Part shown: one piece after another, positions 13,621-27,650 of the stretch | How positions within the stretch are numbered: position 1 is the first letter of the stretch | How the letters are laid out: the number at the start of each line of letters is the position of its first letter | Assembly: GCF_009914755.1 (NCBI RefSeq) | Contig: NC_060926.1 | Origin: the human T2T-CHM13v2.0 reference genome, Homo sapiens | Length of the DNA stretch: 64,000 nucleotides | Reading direction: 5' to 3' (one strand) | The notes under the pieces: model-generated | Told to the model about the DNA's origin: nothing | Seen by the model: only the letters and a program-made list of their open reading frames with translations | Databases searched by the model: none | Program-made: the position numbers and the translations under genes

Positions 13621-15179
13621 CAGTTAGGGCCGCAGACAGCTCCCCCAGCGTCTGCACCTCTAGCAGGACTGGGGGCAGTCAGCAGGGGTTCTTTGGTTTG
13701 TAAGCTCTGCTGGGAAGAGGGGTCCCATAGATTGCGAGATGGCTGGAGGGGTCCTTATTCTCAGGACCCCCACCCAACTGGCCTCTGCCGCCATCTGAAG
13801 GCCTTCCAATCTACTTCCCACAGGTGCCTGATGGCACTTTCTGGCTCAGATATCAGAATGCATTATTTCCCACCCCCATAACACACACATACACACACTT
13901 TAGTGTTTTCAGGACCACCCTTAGCCTTCAGAATAAAATCCAGACTCAAGGTGTGGGATGTGGACTTTCCCATCTGTATGGCTCATGACATCCCCTCTGA
14001 CCCTATGTCCTTTATTACCAGAAAATCAGAACTCCTTGATTTTCCAAGCATAAGCCATCCTCACCCATGCCTCTGATCATGGGTGCTTGTTGTCACCCTG
14101 ACCTTAGTACCTTCCTGTCAAAGCTCATTTACCCTTTAGGGATCAGCCCAAGCACCAGAACATCCTTTCCTGGATCCTTCAGACTGATTGGGCCTCCTTT
14201 TCTCTGCCCTACTGTCCCTGAAGCAAATCTCCTGGAGAGTAGTGATTACCTGGCACTATCATTCTCACCGCTAGGGTAGGAACCTGGTGCCTTCCAAGGA
14301 TTTTACATTGAACTAATGCATAAGCTTCACCATGAAGTCATTCCTGAAATACAAGAGAAACCGTCTTTTTTTCCCTGTCCCTCTGCTTCCATTATCTAAG
14401 GAATCAGATCTTTGGCAATGAGGGAGACCAACAGGACATCCTGGTAAAGTTTGCAGATGAAAAGCCCTAATCAATGACCTTGAACTTGAACCATTCATAA
14501 ACTCAATATCCAGATCTTAGATTTCTTAATAACAAAATGATCAAAAACAAAAACGCTCAGGAATACAAGGAGCCTCCCTGCAAGCCCCCGCCTTGAGGGC
14601 CTTATAATCTGAAGACTCACTTTTTGAGAGTCACTAACCTATACAAACTTCTAACTCTTTGCTATGGACCCCCAATAGCGACAATAAGCTACCACAGGCT
14701 CCATTTATTATGACGAAGTAAACAGCCCAGTTGATTAATGAACGACGCGTGTAAGTGAAGCAGAACAGACAATTACGGGTGAAAACAATGCGTGTTTTGG
14801 GGTTCCAAGGAGAAATAGATCAATATGGTTTCATATAGGTAAGGAGCACAGCTAGAGGCAGGGAGTGATTAATGCGTTCCACAGTGTTCCACGGGAGAGT
14901 AGCTTGTGGCCAGACTCAGAGACATTAATTAGCGGAAGCAGGAGGAAGTGGAATGCACAGTGCACAAACAGTAAGAGGACTGATACAAAATGGGTGAGGG
15001 CTCTGAGAGTCAGAAGAAAAGTCAAATCAATGTGTCGGCAGCAGTTGTGCAATAATTTGACATCTTGGTAGTTCTTTCCAGTTAAAATAATGCAGGTTAT
15101 AATAAGACTGTCATCTTCCTGACAGTTTTTTTTAATCCGCTTTATTCTCAGTTTTGCAAAAGCACTATTTTGATGCTGC

Positions 15180-15370
15180 ATTTGTTCATTCGTGTATCAA
15201 ACACTTTAAAACACCTCCTCTGGGCTTGATGTGACACTGAGTACTAAGTATACGAAGATGAGTAAAACATGGAAAACACAAGGAGAAGTAATCAGCATTC
15301 ACAGGTTGTGATGAGTGCTATCAGAGAGTACACAGAAATGCTCTAATGCCAAGATCGAAGCACCAGAGCC
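15180..15370 (-). mobile_element. L2 3' fragment
   Basis: 'ttcattcgtgtatcaaacacttt...actaagtatacgaagatgagtaaaacatgg'. Confidence 0.5.
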
Positions 15371-16654
15371 AGCAGAGTCCATGCAATGCACAGAATCACA
15401 AAAGAACTATCCCTGAACAAGAAGCCAGACCCTGGTCTCAGCTCCGCTACTGATCAGCTCATCAGCGGGGGCAAACCATTTCCCACTCTGGGAAGACAAA
15501 TGGAGACTGGAAATGGGTGGAATAACTTAAGGAATATGCTGGCTCTAGGAATCCAGGCCAAGGCCAAAGACAGTCACAATTTGTAGTGCCTCTGAGCCAC
15601 AAAGAACCAATAGCACTTCTCGTTAACCTTTCTACAGAAATTCAGAGCTCCTGGAGCCACATGAGGAGGCCCACAGGTTCATGCAGACTTTCTCGGTCTA
15701 CTCCTGAGCCTCACAGCATACCTGAGGCCCCGCAAATGTGCAGGTGGGTCTTGATCATCCCAGGCTTTTGCTCTTGTGTTGCCTCTGTCTGTGACATCAT
15801 TTCCCCCACTGCACCTTCTTCTCCTGGAAACAGCCCTACTTCTCCTGTAAAGCTCCTTTTACCTGCTAAGTGGTGTTATGATGATCTGTTTCATGCAGTT
15901 TTCTGTACTAACTTGTATGACTTTTCAAGGCAGGGGCTCTGTCTTTGTCATCTCTGGATTGTAATAACATGACACAGTGCCTGGCACCTTGCGTGTGTGT
16001 GTGTTTTTTTATTTGAGAATGCATGACATGAACACACTATACAGCCTAAATAAATCCCTGTTTTCTTTTATTACAGCCATAAAGCAGTTGTAAAATGAAG
16101 AGGAGATGGTCTGGGTGCTTTGACATAGTGGGTGGATGTCTGAAGGTGAAGGTGGGACCGATTTTAAAGGAGGTGTCTATAGGAGCTTCCAGGTCCCCTA
16201 AATCCCACTGGCTCTGCCAGTGTTTGGCCTTCAGGTCTGTGAACTTGTCTCCCGAGGACCCCAGGGTTAACTAGACTCAGGGATGCTGATCAAGACAAAC
16301 CAATCCCCCAGACACCAATGGTCATAACCAGAATCATGATTTATTAATTTGCAGGGGGAGCTGCATCTGTTGGAAAGACCAGATACAGACACTCCTGTAA
16401 GACTATCACAATCCCTACCTGTAGAAAAGCCCCATGGGAGCCAAATCATAATCAGAGGGCTGCTTGTGGAGAATGCAACCCAAGCAGAGAGATGTAGTAA
16501 AGGAAAAAACTGTCCTTGGCATCAGGCTGAAACCACTGGGGGCTTCTACCTTGCAACTGGCCTCTATCTAGGCAGGGGCACAGTCCTCCTCTGGCAGAGT
16601 TTGGATGGGCACCAGCAATTCAGACATGTAAAATCATGACCATAGAAAGCCACC

Positions 16655-16842
16655 CAGGCTTGGGATTAAGTCCCTCTACCCATGTGGTCTTCATACACTT
16701 AACTTCATCTGTGAGGCTCAGCTCCTCACCTGTGAAATGAGAATAGTGGTAATACCCACCTCTAGAGTGTGCGAAGATTAGACATGGTCTGGAGAAAGCA
16801 ACTGGCTCAGAGCCTGGCACATGGCAGGTGCTCTACAAATGG
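16655..16842 (+). mobile_element. MIR SINE
   Basis: 'ctcagctcctcacctgtgaaatgagaatag...agagcctggcacatggcaggtgctc'. Confidence 0.75.
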
Positions 16843-17045
16843 AATGTTCTCACATTCACCCCAGGAGTCTCCCCTCACAGATTCCCCTTATCCAGGCTTG
16901 TGCTATAAATAGGCTTCCATCAAGTTTAGATGGCTTGGGAGCTCTGTAGTCCCTTTAACCTGGCTTAGCCTACTGTTATACAGGAATGGTTTCCAGGGGA
17001 AGGGTTTTCCTAGCCTCTGGGTCTCACTTCTCCCCCCCTTTTTTT

Positions 17046-17190
17046 GATAAAAATGTTCTAAATTTTATTGAGATAATGGTGATACAACTCTGTGAGTACA
17101 CTAACAAAATTGAATTATCCACTTTACATGGGTAAGTTGTATGGCATGTTAATTATATCTGAATGAAGCTATTAAAAATAAAATGAAAAC
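17046..17190 (+). mobile_element. L1MB/L1ME extreme 3' end
   Basis: 'gataaaaatgttctaaatt...acaactctgtgagtacact...tatggcatgttaattatatctgaatgaagct' followed by A-rich tail. Confidence 0.75.
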
Positions 17191-20100
17191 TTAACAAAGA
17201 AAGGGGGGGAAGAGTGAACACTGATTCCCATGAATATTTAGTTCTAATAGTGAAAATTATACAGAAACTTACATTTTAAAATAATAAACTGTAAAAAATA
17301 GCAAAACAGCAACAATTTGATTATGCTATTCCTTCTCTTACAATGTTGCTTTGAACATATCCACTATTTTGATATTCTATTTTGAATGACCTCCAGGTTA
17401 TCACACTGAAGAGATGGTGTCCCAAAGTGAATTTATGGCCCAAGATGGAGTGTTTCTCTCTCTTCCCTTGTCCTAGACAGTCTTCTTTTACAGATGCAGT
17501 CAAATAGCTCGGTAAATCCTGCTTTCCTCTCTAAATGCTCACAGAACACTCTTACATTGGTGAGTTCTAAATTGCGGACCGGAATGGGTATCAAACAATA
17601 TCCAAATCACTTCTCCCTTTTATTCCCCTGCTCCTTGGAGGATGGTGTGGAGCTGCTCTTCATGGATGTCTTTGGTTTGGGGAGGCTAAGATCCATGCTT
17701 CCATGAGGGATGGTAGTTAAATGCCTAAACCTGGCATCACACTTCCTAGCAGGACCCTTGGGCTCTCACACTGCCTATGTCTGTCAACATAGACACCACA
17801 GTGATCCAGGGCTTATCTTGGCTTCAACCTGCCATTCTTTTATTTTAGTTCTCAACTTGTTCTGAACCCTGGTGAAGAAAAATTTCCCTATCTACATGGA
17901 GATCCTTCAGAAACTCAACACCGACCTAAAGTCTCTATTATTCTGCACTGTTCTAAGTGTTGAATTTGTAGAGTGTAAATACATTTGCTTGTTTTAAATT
18001 TCTAGAGAAAACACTCTAGTATTACCACTAGCCGCCCCCACTCCCTGCATTGTCAGAGCAAGTTCAAAGTATGCACCAAGGGTGATGGGGACCATGGCAC
18101 CTGCAGCTCTAGAGGAGGCCACCATCCATGCCTTTGCCACATAGCCTCCGAGACCACAGCCTTCAGGGTTAACCCCTGAAGACACTAACAGGGCCCTAAG
18201 AAAGCACTGGCATTGCCTTGTGGCAATAACTAGGAGGAAACCTGGGAAGTAACCACAGGTCCTGTGCATGTGACTGTCAGCTCTATAGCTTGCCAGCTAA
18301 ACAGCCTGGATAAATCATCAGTATTATATGTTTTAGTTTTCTAATCCACGTTATTTGTAGAAATCACCTGTTATTCTTGGTGAATATTAAATTAAATAAT
18401 TCATATAGAGTGTTTACCACAGTGCCTTACACATTGCTGGTGCTTTAGTACATAGTAGTTTACTGTTATTATTTCTCATTCTCCCACACTGACCCTGAAG
18501 CCTTTAAAGACCATTGTTCGACTTTGTGTACCTGTGACCTTGGATTCTCCAGGCCTCACCTGTCTTTCATGCCCTCAGTTATCTGCTGGATCCTGGAATC
18601 AGAAGAATGGCCATATCCAGGGCATAAAATCCCACTTTCTCAGTAGCTGCCCAAGGACTCAGGTGGCCCAGCCCAGAGGTTCAGGGGAGCTGACATCCTG
18701 CAAGACAAACTGTGACTCATGGGGCCCAAGAGCCTGGGGAGAGCCAGGAAGCACACCTTTCTCTATTCTTCCTGTTGAATGCCTCCCAGGTGTGGTGTTA
18801 CTGTACCTTTTACCCAGAGATGTCCCATGGGATGCCCAGAACCATGGTGAGTCTCTGGGAAGCAGTGGTCAGCTGGGTAATGCCCACTTTGTATTTGCCC
18901 TTCTTCTCTTGTCAATGCCCTGTTCCTTCATCCTGGCTTCTCTGGGATTGAAATAATATGCAAACATTGCCTCAGACTCTATTTTCTAGAGTCTAGCCTA
19001 AGCCAGGCCCTACTCCCTTTTGTATCTCTGGTTCCTAGAACAACACTTTACGGAGAGTTAGTGCTCAGTGCCTGTTTATTGACTTGAAGAATAAAAGAAT
19101 AACTGATCATCTGAATGCCAAAATGAATTAATGAATGAGTCTTGTGTTCACGCCAGTATTTCCACTGGACAAAATTCTGAATTTCTGAAGAGCCTCAGTC
19201 TCTCTGATTGTAACACACTAAAGGAAAGCAACACAGGGAAAGAAGAGAGGAAGAGAAAAGGTGGCAGGAAGAGAAAGAATCCAAAAGAAAAACTGCCTCG
19301 CAATCCCAATCTGTTCCAATTGCCTTATTTGCCGAGTTTTCACTTTGGGCCAAAACAGTACTAGTTTAGCAAAAGGGAGACCAAGGCTGGAATCACTTTT
19401 GAGAACTGAGGGCACATGGAAGATCTCTGATACAATGAATGGTGGATTATTTTTAATCTGGAAAAATGTCAAAAGCATGAGCAGCTCAATGCCAACCATC
19501 CAACTTCATGCAAACCTTTAATTAGTTATAATACTTGGAAGCCTTTCCTGGGATGCTGTTTCATTGCCAGTGAACTCACCATGCTCAGTGCCTGGCAACC
19601 ATCTGGTGCTGAAGTCACTGGGTTGGGAGCTGTAAGCCAGGCCTAGAGTCCCTGCCTTGCCTCCCATTCCTTGTGTGACCCTGGTGTGTCTCTTCCCTTC
19701 AAGACCTCTGCTGCCCATTGTGCAAAGTGAGGACAAGAAGTTCTAACCTTCCCTCAGTCTATGGCTGACAGTGAAGCATCTAAATCACCCACATGTTGGT
19801 CTGTAGAACGCCTTCATTATTTTGAGAGACTGTAATATGATGGAATTTCGGTTTACTTAACATAGTCTTGAGAGGGCTTTCTGAGCAGCCCTGCTGTGCC
19901 TGCAGACCAAGGGAAGAGATAAAAGGAGTCCAATACAAAGGCCGGGTGGTCAACAGGGCTTGAGACTCCAGAGTGTGTGAGAGACAAGAGACATTTGGGC
20001 CTCCAGACCACACTCTAGTTGCCCTGGAATAAATGGAACGGTCCTAGCTGCCATCCAAGGCAGCCAGCATGTGTATCTTGTTCAATGTCAGGCTCATCGA

Positions 20101-22720
20101 AGCTGGCCTTGGAGTGAGCATTTCTCCATTTTCTCTATGAAACCAGAGTTGGTTGAAGCATTCAGGGCATGGGCCCCTGCATTGTGCACATGAGACTTCC
20201 CTGTTGTTCCTAGAATCTGCTGCAACCTTTGAGATGATAACATCCAAAATGTTTTTGCCCCTTACACTGCCTTTTTTGAAATTTCAATGATTTTTTTTTT
20301 TAGCTGAAAGACAGAATGACCCATTGCTGATGTGGAGGTTTTGGTGTGTTCTCATTAGGGAAGTGGTACAACCTCTGAAGACTCACATCATTTCAGAGTC
20401 TGAGCCTTGAGTGGTCTTCCCTGCTCAGTGGAGAAGATATTGCTGGAAGCTGACATACTTCTTTATCTCCAGCACATTTCACTCCTGCAAATTGGCTTCC
20501 TTATGTTGTCATCAGAAATGACCATTCTCATTTTTTTTCGGGGCATTCTCTTCACCTGGAATGTCTTCCCTGATGGACCAAGAGATTTATCCAAAATCAC
20601 CAAAAACTGTCATCAGAATCAGCATGGCTTTCAGTCAAAGACCTATCTGGCAGGGCACCCTGCCTCTCCTCCAGGCTCCCACTCCTCCCGTCAGATGACA
20701 CCTACCAACAACTGATCACTCCACCACCTTGGCCTTGAGATTCGTGGGACTCAGGCCCTGCCCTTAGAGGTTGCTATGCTGACTCTGTACTCTGTGTTTC
20801 TCAGAGGTTATTTGGTGACTGATAGCATCAACTTCATGTCCACAGGCTTGTTGAGTTCACACCTAGGGTGCCTGGCTCTCATTGTGTTTGCTGTAATAAA
20901 TAATCACTGGGTTCTTACTGTATCCAGCTCTGTTTTGGGAAATGAGGAAACAGATCATGCTAAGACTGGACCATATCTTCAAGGAGTTCAGAGTCTACGA
21001 CACCTCTATATGCAGTGGGGCATGCATAGGAGAAAAAGAAATATTCTGTAAGGACAAAGAAAACAATTTCATGACGGCACTGAAGATTTTGATCTCTCAA
21101 ATAAAAACACTCCATTAAAGCAAGGTATAATTATTTGGAGTCTAAAATAATTTCATATCATAGAGAAATATTATGCAGCAAAGATGGGCAACTGGCAGAG
21201 GAATGCATACAGATGTGTACCAAGAAACACCATATATCTCTACTGCATGTGGTGCAACATTTTAATCAAGTCAAAGACTCTCATGCTTGGGTTAGAATCT
21301 GTTGGCATCCACACCTGTGAACGTGACTTGTCATGGTTTCAACTGAAAAGATAGCGGCCCAGGCCTGCCTGGGGATGCACTTTTTGGGTGATGGTAAATG
21401 TGCTTTTTGTGCGAGCAGATAGCAGCCTTGCCCTCTGTGTGTGCATACCTCAGACTTCTCTCTCCAGAGGACTGGAACTTGCGGGGCATATGAGAAGACC
21501 CAGGCTCTCAGAGCAGCAGCAGCTGTCCTGGGCTCTGAGCAGAGATTAGCGAGGCTCAGGCTGCATTCCACAGCCTCCACCCCCTGTACTTCTGGCAGGG
21601 CGCAGTCCTACCTTTCAAACACACACACACACTCAACTGCAGGTGAGGAACTGACATTGCCCTGGGAGTTTCTGTCTTTGCAGAGGAATATTTTGAAAAC
21701 ATCCACTCTTGCTTTCTCCACACTCCCATCCAGTGTGCCTGGCTTCTTCTGCACAGTGCATATTCTGGCTCTTTGCCAGAGGCCTGGAAAATCCTGCCAG
21801 GCAGCCGTTCACGCAGTTGCCCCCAGGGGCAGTGACTGACCAGGAGTGAGACACACCACTCTCAGCCCAGCTGTCTGCTCAGCGCAGCTCAAAGCACTTG
21901 TACCTTGAGGGAGAGAAACCCAAGCCACACGTCCTGACAGACTGTCACCTGAGTCCCTTGGAAAACACAATCAAGAGCTTCCTGCCCACTCATGTCCCGA
22001 GCTGGCCGGGCTCAGTAGATGCTGTGCCGCCAGCTCCTGGCTTAGCCGGCCTCCCTGGTGCGTCTGCCCTCAACTCTTTGTGCAGCTGGAGTCCCAGAAG
22101 GGAGTAATAATTAAAGAAAACTTTGTAAATGTTCAAACTGAATAAAACTGTTGTTGTTGCTCATGGTTCCTTTTCTTCCTTTTTTGCCATCTGGAGCCAC
22201 AACCTGTCCGGTTTGCAAGCCCAGATCCACGTCCTGTTTCCTCCCGTCACTTGTCTGTCGATCCTCTTCACTGGTGGTTCTCCGCAGAGAAGGGATTTGC
22301 TGGTTATTTTTGTCCCCTCCCCTGCACGCCAGAGCCCTGCGAAGCTCGTCACTGTCCTGGCTCCAGCGCACCTCCTCATCTCCCTGCTTTCCATATGCTT
22401 TGAAGATATTCCTGCCTCTACCGCTCGTTTGCAAAGCCATGTGGCATGTGTGTGCGTGTGGCTGCCTGGGTTTCTTGTCATTGCCACTGAGAAACTGCCC
22501 ATCTGAAGGGCCAGAGGGCCATCAGAGTCAGGCTCTGCCTACAGCCCTGGCTGCTGTCTCAACTTTAAAATATATATATATTTTAAAGTGACAAAGGAAA
22601 TGAGTGGATGAAGAAAAAGTAACAAAATAAAAATCACACTAATCTTAATGAATTAAGGCTTCAAGTTACATAGACACTGCAAGAAAGTATAAATCACCCT
22701 GTCTATGCAAGAGTAAAACC

Positions 22721-23190
22721 AGTATTAAGCTAAATCATGTCTTCCAAAAATATATGTGAAAGTCTTAACCCCAGAAACTCAAAATGCAACCTTATTTGGA
22801 AACTAAGTCATGTTACAGATGTAATTAGTTAAGTTAAAATGAAGTCATCCTGGAGTGAGGTGGGCTCCTAATACAATAGAACAAGTGTCTTTATAAAAAG
22901 AAGAAAATGTGAAGGCAGGTGTCCACAGAGTGAAGACTATGTGAAGACAGCTATGTGGGGATAGAAGCTGAGATATGAGTTGTGTATCACAAGCCAAGGG
23001 AAGGCTGGGGCTACCAGTAGCTGGAAGAGACAAGGAAGGAGATTCCCTTAGAGGCTTCAGAGGGATTATGACCCTGCCAGTGCCCTGACTTGACTTCTAG
23101 CCTCCAACGCTGTGAGAGGAGCCATTCCTCTTATTTTATGCTACCCAGGATGTAGTACTTTGTTAGGGCAGCCCTTAGGAAACTAATGCA
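22721..23190 (+). mobile_element. MLT1C-like solo LTR (ERVL-MaLR)
   Basis: 'accttatttggaaa...gatgtaattagttaag', 'caagccaaggga...ccagtagctggaagagacaaggaaggagattccc', end 'ggaaactaatgca'. Confidence 0.85.
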
Positions 23191-23574
23191 ATGAGAGTTC
23201 CAGCAGAGTACAATAGCCTCTATGTAAATAGTGGTAAAACGTATCCTCGTTAATAAAATTACATTGTTCAGCCAACACATACTTATTCAACCTATATTCT
23301 TGCAGAGTTGCTCTATTCTTTTCTCTCCTTCTATCAATGCTAGTTTTCTTATTAGATGCTGGTCATTGTAGGCATACAACAATGAATCAAACATCTGTGT
23401 TTCTTCTCAAGGATTGCAGTCTGGCAGTGGAGTGAGTATAAGCCTCTATATAAACTCTGCTACATGTGGGAGTATGGACATCTCTCTCAAGAGGAGCATG
23501 GGAAGGAAGCGCAGCAGGGGCACCATCTAGGGACACTGCACGGGCTTCAGGAAAGCCATGACATTGGAGTTGCC

Positions 23575-23649
23575 GGTGGTGGTGGTTATGGTGGTGGTGA
23601 TGGTGGTGGTGGTGGTGGTGGTGGTGGTGGTGGTGGTGGTGGTGGTGGT
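23575..23649. repeat. (GGT)n trinucleotide repeat
   Basis: 25 triplets, the last 16 pure (23602-23649). Confidence 0.97.
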
Positions 23650-24399
23650 TCTGTGGAGACTGGGGAAGGTAGGTGAAGAACAGCTGTGGAAGTCAATGTC
23701 CCAAGACTATACCTGGAGGAGTTGGGGATGGCTTTATACATGGGGTGAGGCTTGAGAAAACATGGTGCTCATAAGGCCAAAAGACTTTGGTAGTGGTAGT
23801 ATTGGCTCACGTTTCCTTTCAGATAGATTGAAAACCATGTGCAAAGGCAAAGGAGGTGAGAGAAAGCACTCAACCCCCAAGGAAAATAGGCCGAGGCCAG
23901 ATCAAAAAGGTCTTTAGATATGACACCAAATGTCTCAACCTTCTTTCAGCTGATGGTGTGGTGAGCGGTTCCAACACAATACATGCTTTGGCAACTATTG
24001 TCACATGCAGACCATCTTGAGTCACATAACGTCTTGACTTTCTTAGATTCAAAATATTTTTATATCTTTTTTCTACTATGTATCCAAAGCACTTAGTTGA
24101 ATAGTTTTATTTTATGCCTACTTCATGAATACTTGACTTCTAAGAAATAACTTTTCTTTCTCTAGCCTATTGTATTTACCCTACAGCCTAGCATAGATAC
24201 ACACCTAAAAATAATTTTTCTGGACTCAGCCTGGGAGTGAGGCTTAAATGGCAATTTATTCCTGCCTCCAGCTTATTAAAGAAATTCCCCAGTCCCCTAT
24301 CGTCCCCTTCATCAATTTTGATAAGAGTCATCCAGATCCAGTGACTCAGGGACAAAACAATCACCACCTCAAGTGTTTCATTCAATCCTACAGACTAGA

Positions 24400-24746
24400 G
24401 CTCCAGGAAGACTGAATAGAGACACCCAGGAGAGCTTTCCTGGTTGACAGCACTCCCTGCCTATCGCCACACATTGATGCCAGGAGGGTGAGGTGAACTC
24501 ACTTCAAGGCGAGAGGGCCGTTGAAGCTTCTGTTTGAAACCCTCTCAGACTCTGCCCTAAGCATCTCTTCCTCTGGCTGATTTTAATCTGTATCCTTTCC
24601 CTGCAATAAACCAAAGCCATGGGTGTAACTGTTCTGTGAGCCCTTCTAGTAAATTTTCAAAACTGAGGGTAGTTTGTGGATCCCCCCACCAACCTTGAGG
24701 TTCATGTCAGAAGTAAGAGAGGTCTTGGGGACTGTATCCTCTAACT
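24400..24746 (+). mobile_element. ERVL-class LTR fragment (MER21/MER68/MER77-like)
   Basis: 'ctggctgattttaatctgtatcctttccctgcaataaacc...ctgtgagcccttctagtaaatt...gtcagaagt...gtcttggggact'. Confidence 0.65.
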
Positions 24747-25141
24747 GTCTTGGGCAAACTCTATTCCTCTAAACTCTTTTTTTTTTTTAACTTTTTACAC
24801 TGATATTCTAGATTGTTTTTCAATCAGTAAAGCAAACCTGATAAAGAAGTTCTAAGAATCAGGCCCTTCATACCATTTATAGTGGAGGTTGCCTGGCATT
24901 CTGTGTATCATTCTAGTTCTTAGCATGCACAGCTATCTCCTCTGGATTCCATGAGGCAGGATTCATCTCAGTTCCCTCTAGCACAGTGGCTAACAGAGCA
25001 GGTACTCAGAAGTGCCTGTGACTAGAGTCACATATAAGACAGGGTCTGTTCTCAGGAGCTCAGCATGCACATGTGGAGACTTCACAGGAAAATGTAAGGA
25101 CTTTCACATTGGTGGCATCTAGTTTCAAAGAGAATGGCGAG

Positions 25142-25548
25142 TGTCTCAGTCAGCTAGGGCTGCCATAGTAAAATTCCACACTTCTGTTGGCGTAAGCAAC
25201 AGAAATGTACTTGCTCACAGTTCTGGAGACTGGAAGTCCAAGATCATAGTGCCAGCAAGGTCATGCTCTGGTGAAGCATCTCTTCCTGTCTTGTAAACAG
25301 ACATCATATTGTGTGTGTTCACATGGCCTTTGCTTGGTGCATCTGCAGAGAAAGAGAGGGAGAGAAAGACAAAGAGATGGAGAGAGAGCTGTTTCTTATA
25401 AGGGCACTAATCCTATCATGGGAGCCTTACCCTCATGACCTCATCTCAACCTGATGACCCTCCCAAAGCCCTGTCTCTAACTACCATCGCATTGCGGGCT
25501 AGGGCTTCCACATAGGAATTTTGGGGGGACAAAATTCTATTTATAGCA
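25142..25548 (-). mobile_element. MLT1A-like solo LTR
   Basis: 'gctagggctgccatag...ctcacagttctggagactggaagtccaagatc...cttataagggcactaatcc...ttatagca'. Confidence 0.85.
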
Positions 25549-26857
25549 GTGACTTAATCTGAGGTGACCCAAGCAGCTTTGAATAGGATTGGGCCTGGTG
25601 GACACAAGAGGAATGGAAAACAGGGTCTGAAGGTGTCGCTTGCAGGGTGACCCCAGGGCCCAGAATGCCCATGTCTTCTGCCCTTAATCTACATGTCCCA
25701 AGAGGTGCATAAGGGGACACTGGGGACACAGAAAAGCCACGTCTTCATCAGCGGAGGAAATAGCTCAGGAAAACTCCTATGCGTTCTTTGGTTTCCCTCA
25801 TTATTAAGACCAATCATAGGAAAATGAGAAAGGAAAATCCACTCTTCCACCCGATATGTGTGTTCTTGTGACTCCCACCTGATGGAGACGGTTGCTAGGA
25901 AACTGTGACCACAGTCTGCAGATTCTGTCAAGGAGAAAGGACCCCCTCACCCCTGAGTTCTCCTTGAAACTCACAAAGTGCTTAGCTGCAGCCTGTGGTG
26001 CAGCATTCAGGAGAGTTAATGCTGGCAATTCACAGAGAAGGGAACTGAAGATTAGGGGCATCAGGTAGGCAGCTGGTCATGGCACCAGCGTGGGGCTTGG
26101 AGCCAGCTCCCCTGCTGCCCAGGGAGGTGCTGTCTCTATTCCATTGCACTGCCCTCAAGAAGAGGGACCTAGTTCAAAACCAGAAAGGTGAGGCTGCCAT
26201 GGTCTGCCCTTTTGGGGCACCTCTGGAAGAGGGTACCTCTTCACCGAATGTCTTCCTTTGTGTGTTCTCACAGGATGGCAATCCCAGGTCTGGATTAATG
26301 CCTGTGTCTGCTGAAAAACAGTGGGACAGACAGTGCTGGTCCATGGCTGCCTTCAAAATGCTACTAAATTTCTGTCTGCCATAAAGTGGAGAGAAAAAGA
26401 GTGCAAAACTAAAACGGGAAGGTAATAGTTACATTTGCCAACTTAAAATACATTAGTCTTAGTCTTGACATCATCAAAATGTGGTGAGAGAGGATAAGGC
26501 TCAGATGTCTGGCTAGGGTTAAGAGCATGGACAACGTCACCATGCTTAGAGAGAGGGGATAGAACAAGCAGCAGGTTTAGGGAAAAATTTTCCCCAAATT
26601 TCCCACTTTTCAATTTCTGGCGTGTTGAGTGTGAGCTAATGGTTAGAAATGAGGGTGGTGATGCCCAGGGCTGGTGGGCGGGGTCCAGGGGATCATAGGA
26701 GACACAGGGAGCAGGAGTAGAGGGTACGGCTGTATGTGGTGGAATGAAGAGTAAATGGAGGGGAAGAAATGAAAGAAGCAAATGAAAACTATTCTTTTAG
26801 TAATTTTGGTAAAGAAGAGAAGGGTATGAATGAAATAGTGTAAGAGTATTTTATCAG

Positions 26858-27110
26858 CTGTGTTGGGATTAAGATGGCCAACTCTCAATCCAGGCTGCCT
26901 AGCTTTGAATTTTGGCTTTACCACCTTTTCACTGTGATCTTGAGCAAGTTACATAACTTCCCTGTGTTCCAGTTTCCTCATCTAGAAAACAACGATGATG
27001 ATGATGTCAGTGATAACCTATTTTGTACGTTCTCATAAATGGTAAGTATGTTAATATATGCAAACTTACTGGAGCATTGCCTTGTCCATGATAAACTCAA
27101 CTAGTGTTTG
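26858..27110 (+). mobile_element. MIR SINE
   Basis: MIR core 'ctgtgatcttgagcaagttacataacttccctgtgttccagtttcctcatct'. Confidence 0.8.
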
Positions 27111-27650
27111 CTCATCTCAATTATCCAGAAAAAAAATGGAGAAGGGAGGAGGTTGGGCAGTAGTTTTGGAGGCAGATGCAATACTGAAAGAAGATATTTT
27201 TAGGATAAGTGGAGTGAATTGTGAATTCTGACTGCTCTGGTCTGATCCTAAGTTTCAGTTTTTAGCTAGGTCTGCTCAGTTCATGAAATCACAGTGGGCA
27301 GGGACCTTCACACAAAGCACCGAGGATGAGATGAATGACAGGAGAGAGGGCAGATTGGCAGAGCACTGTGTGGGAAATTAAGCAGTCCCTGGTCTCATGT
27401 CTTACCATTGCAATAATCAGAAGAGCAGGTCTCATATCTTGCCTCAGTTTTTTAGGGTTTGAAGCAACATGGATCTCTCAAATGTGAGCACCAAGACTGA
27501 AAACCACTAAGGATAATGAGAAGCTGTCTTTGTGCACACATTTTGGTCTCCTCCCATCCATGCTGGAAATAGCCACTTCAATATCATCAGAAGTAAGTTT
27601 GAAATCCATCTTTTTTGGTCCATGTTTATCATTCACTGAAAATTTGCCAG

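Noticed and set aside
23464-23755. Poly-Gly and poly-Val ORFs
   Set aside because: Translations of the (GGT)n microsatellite.
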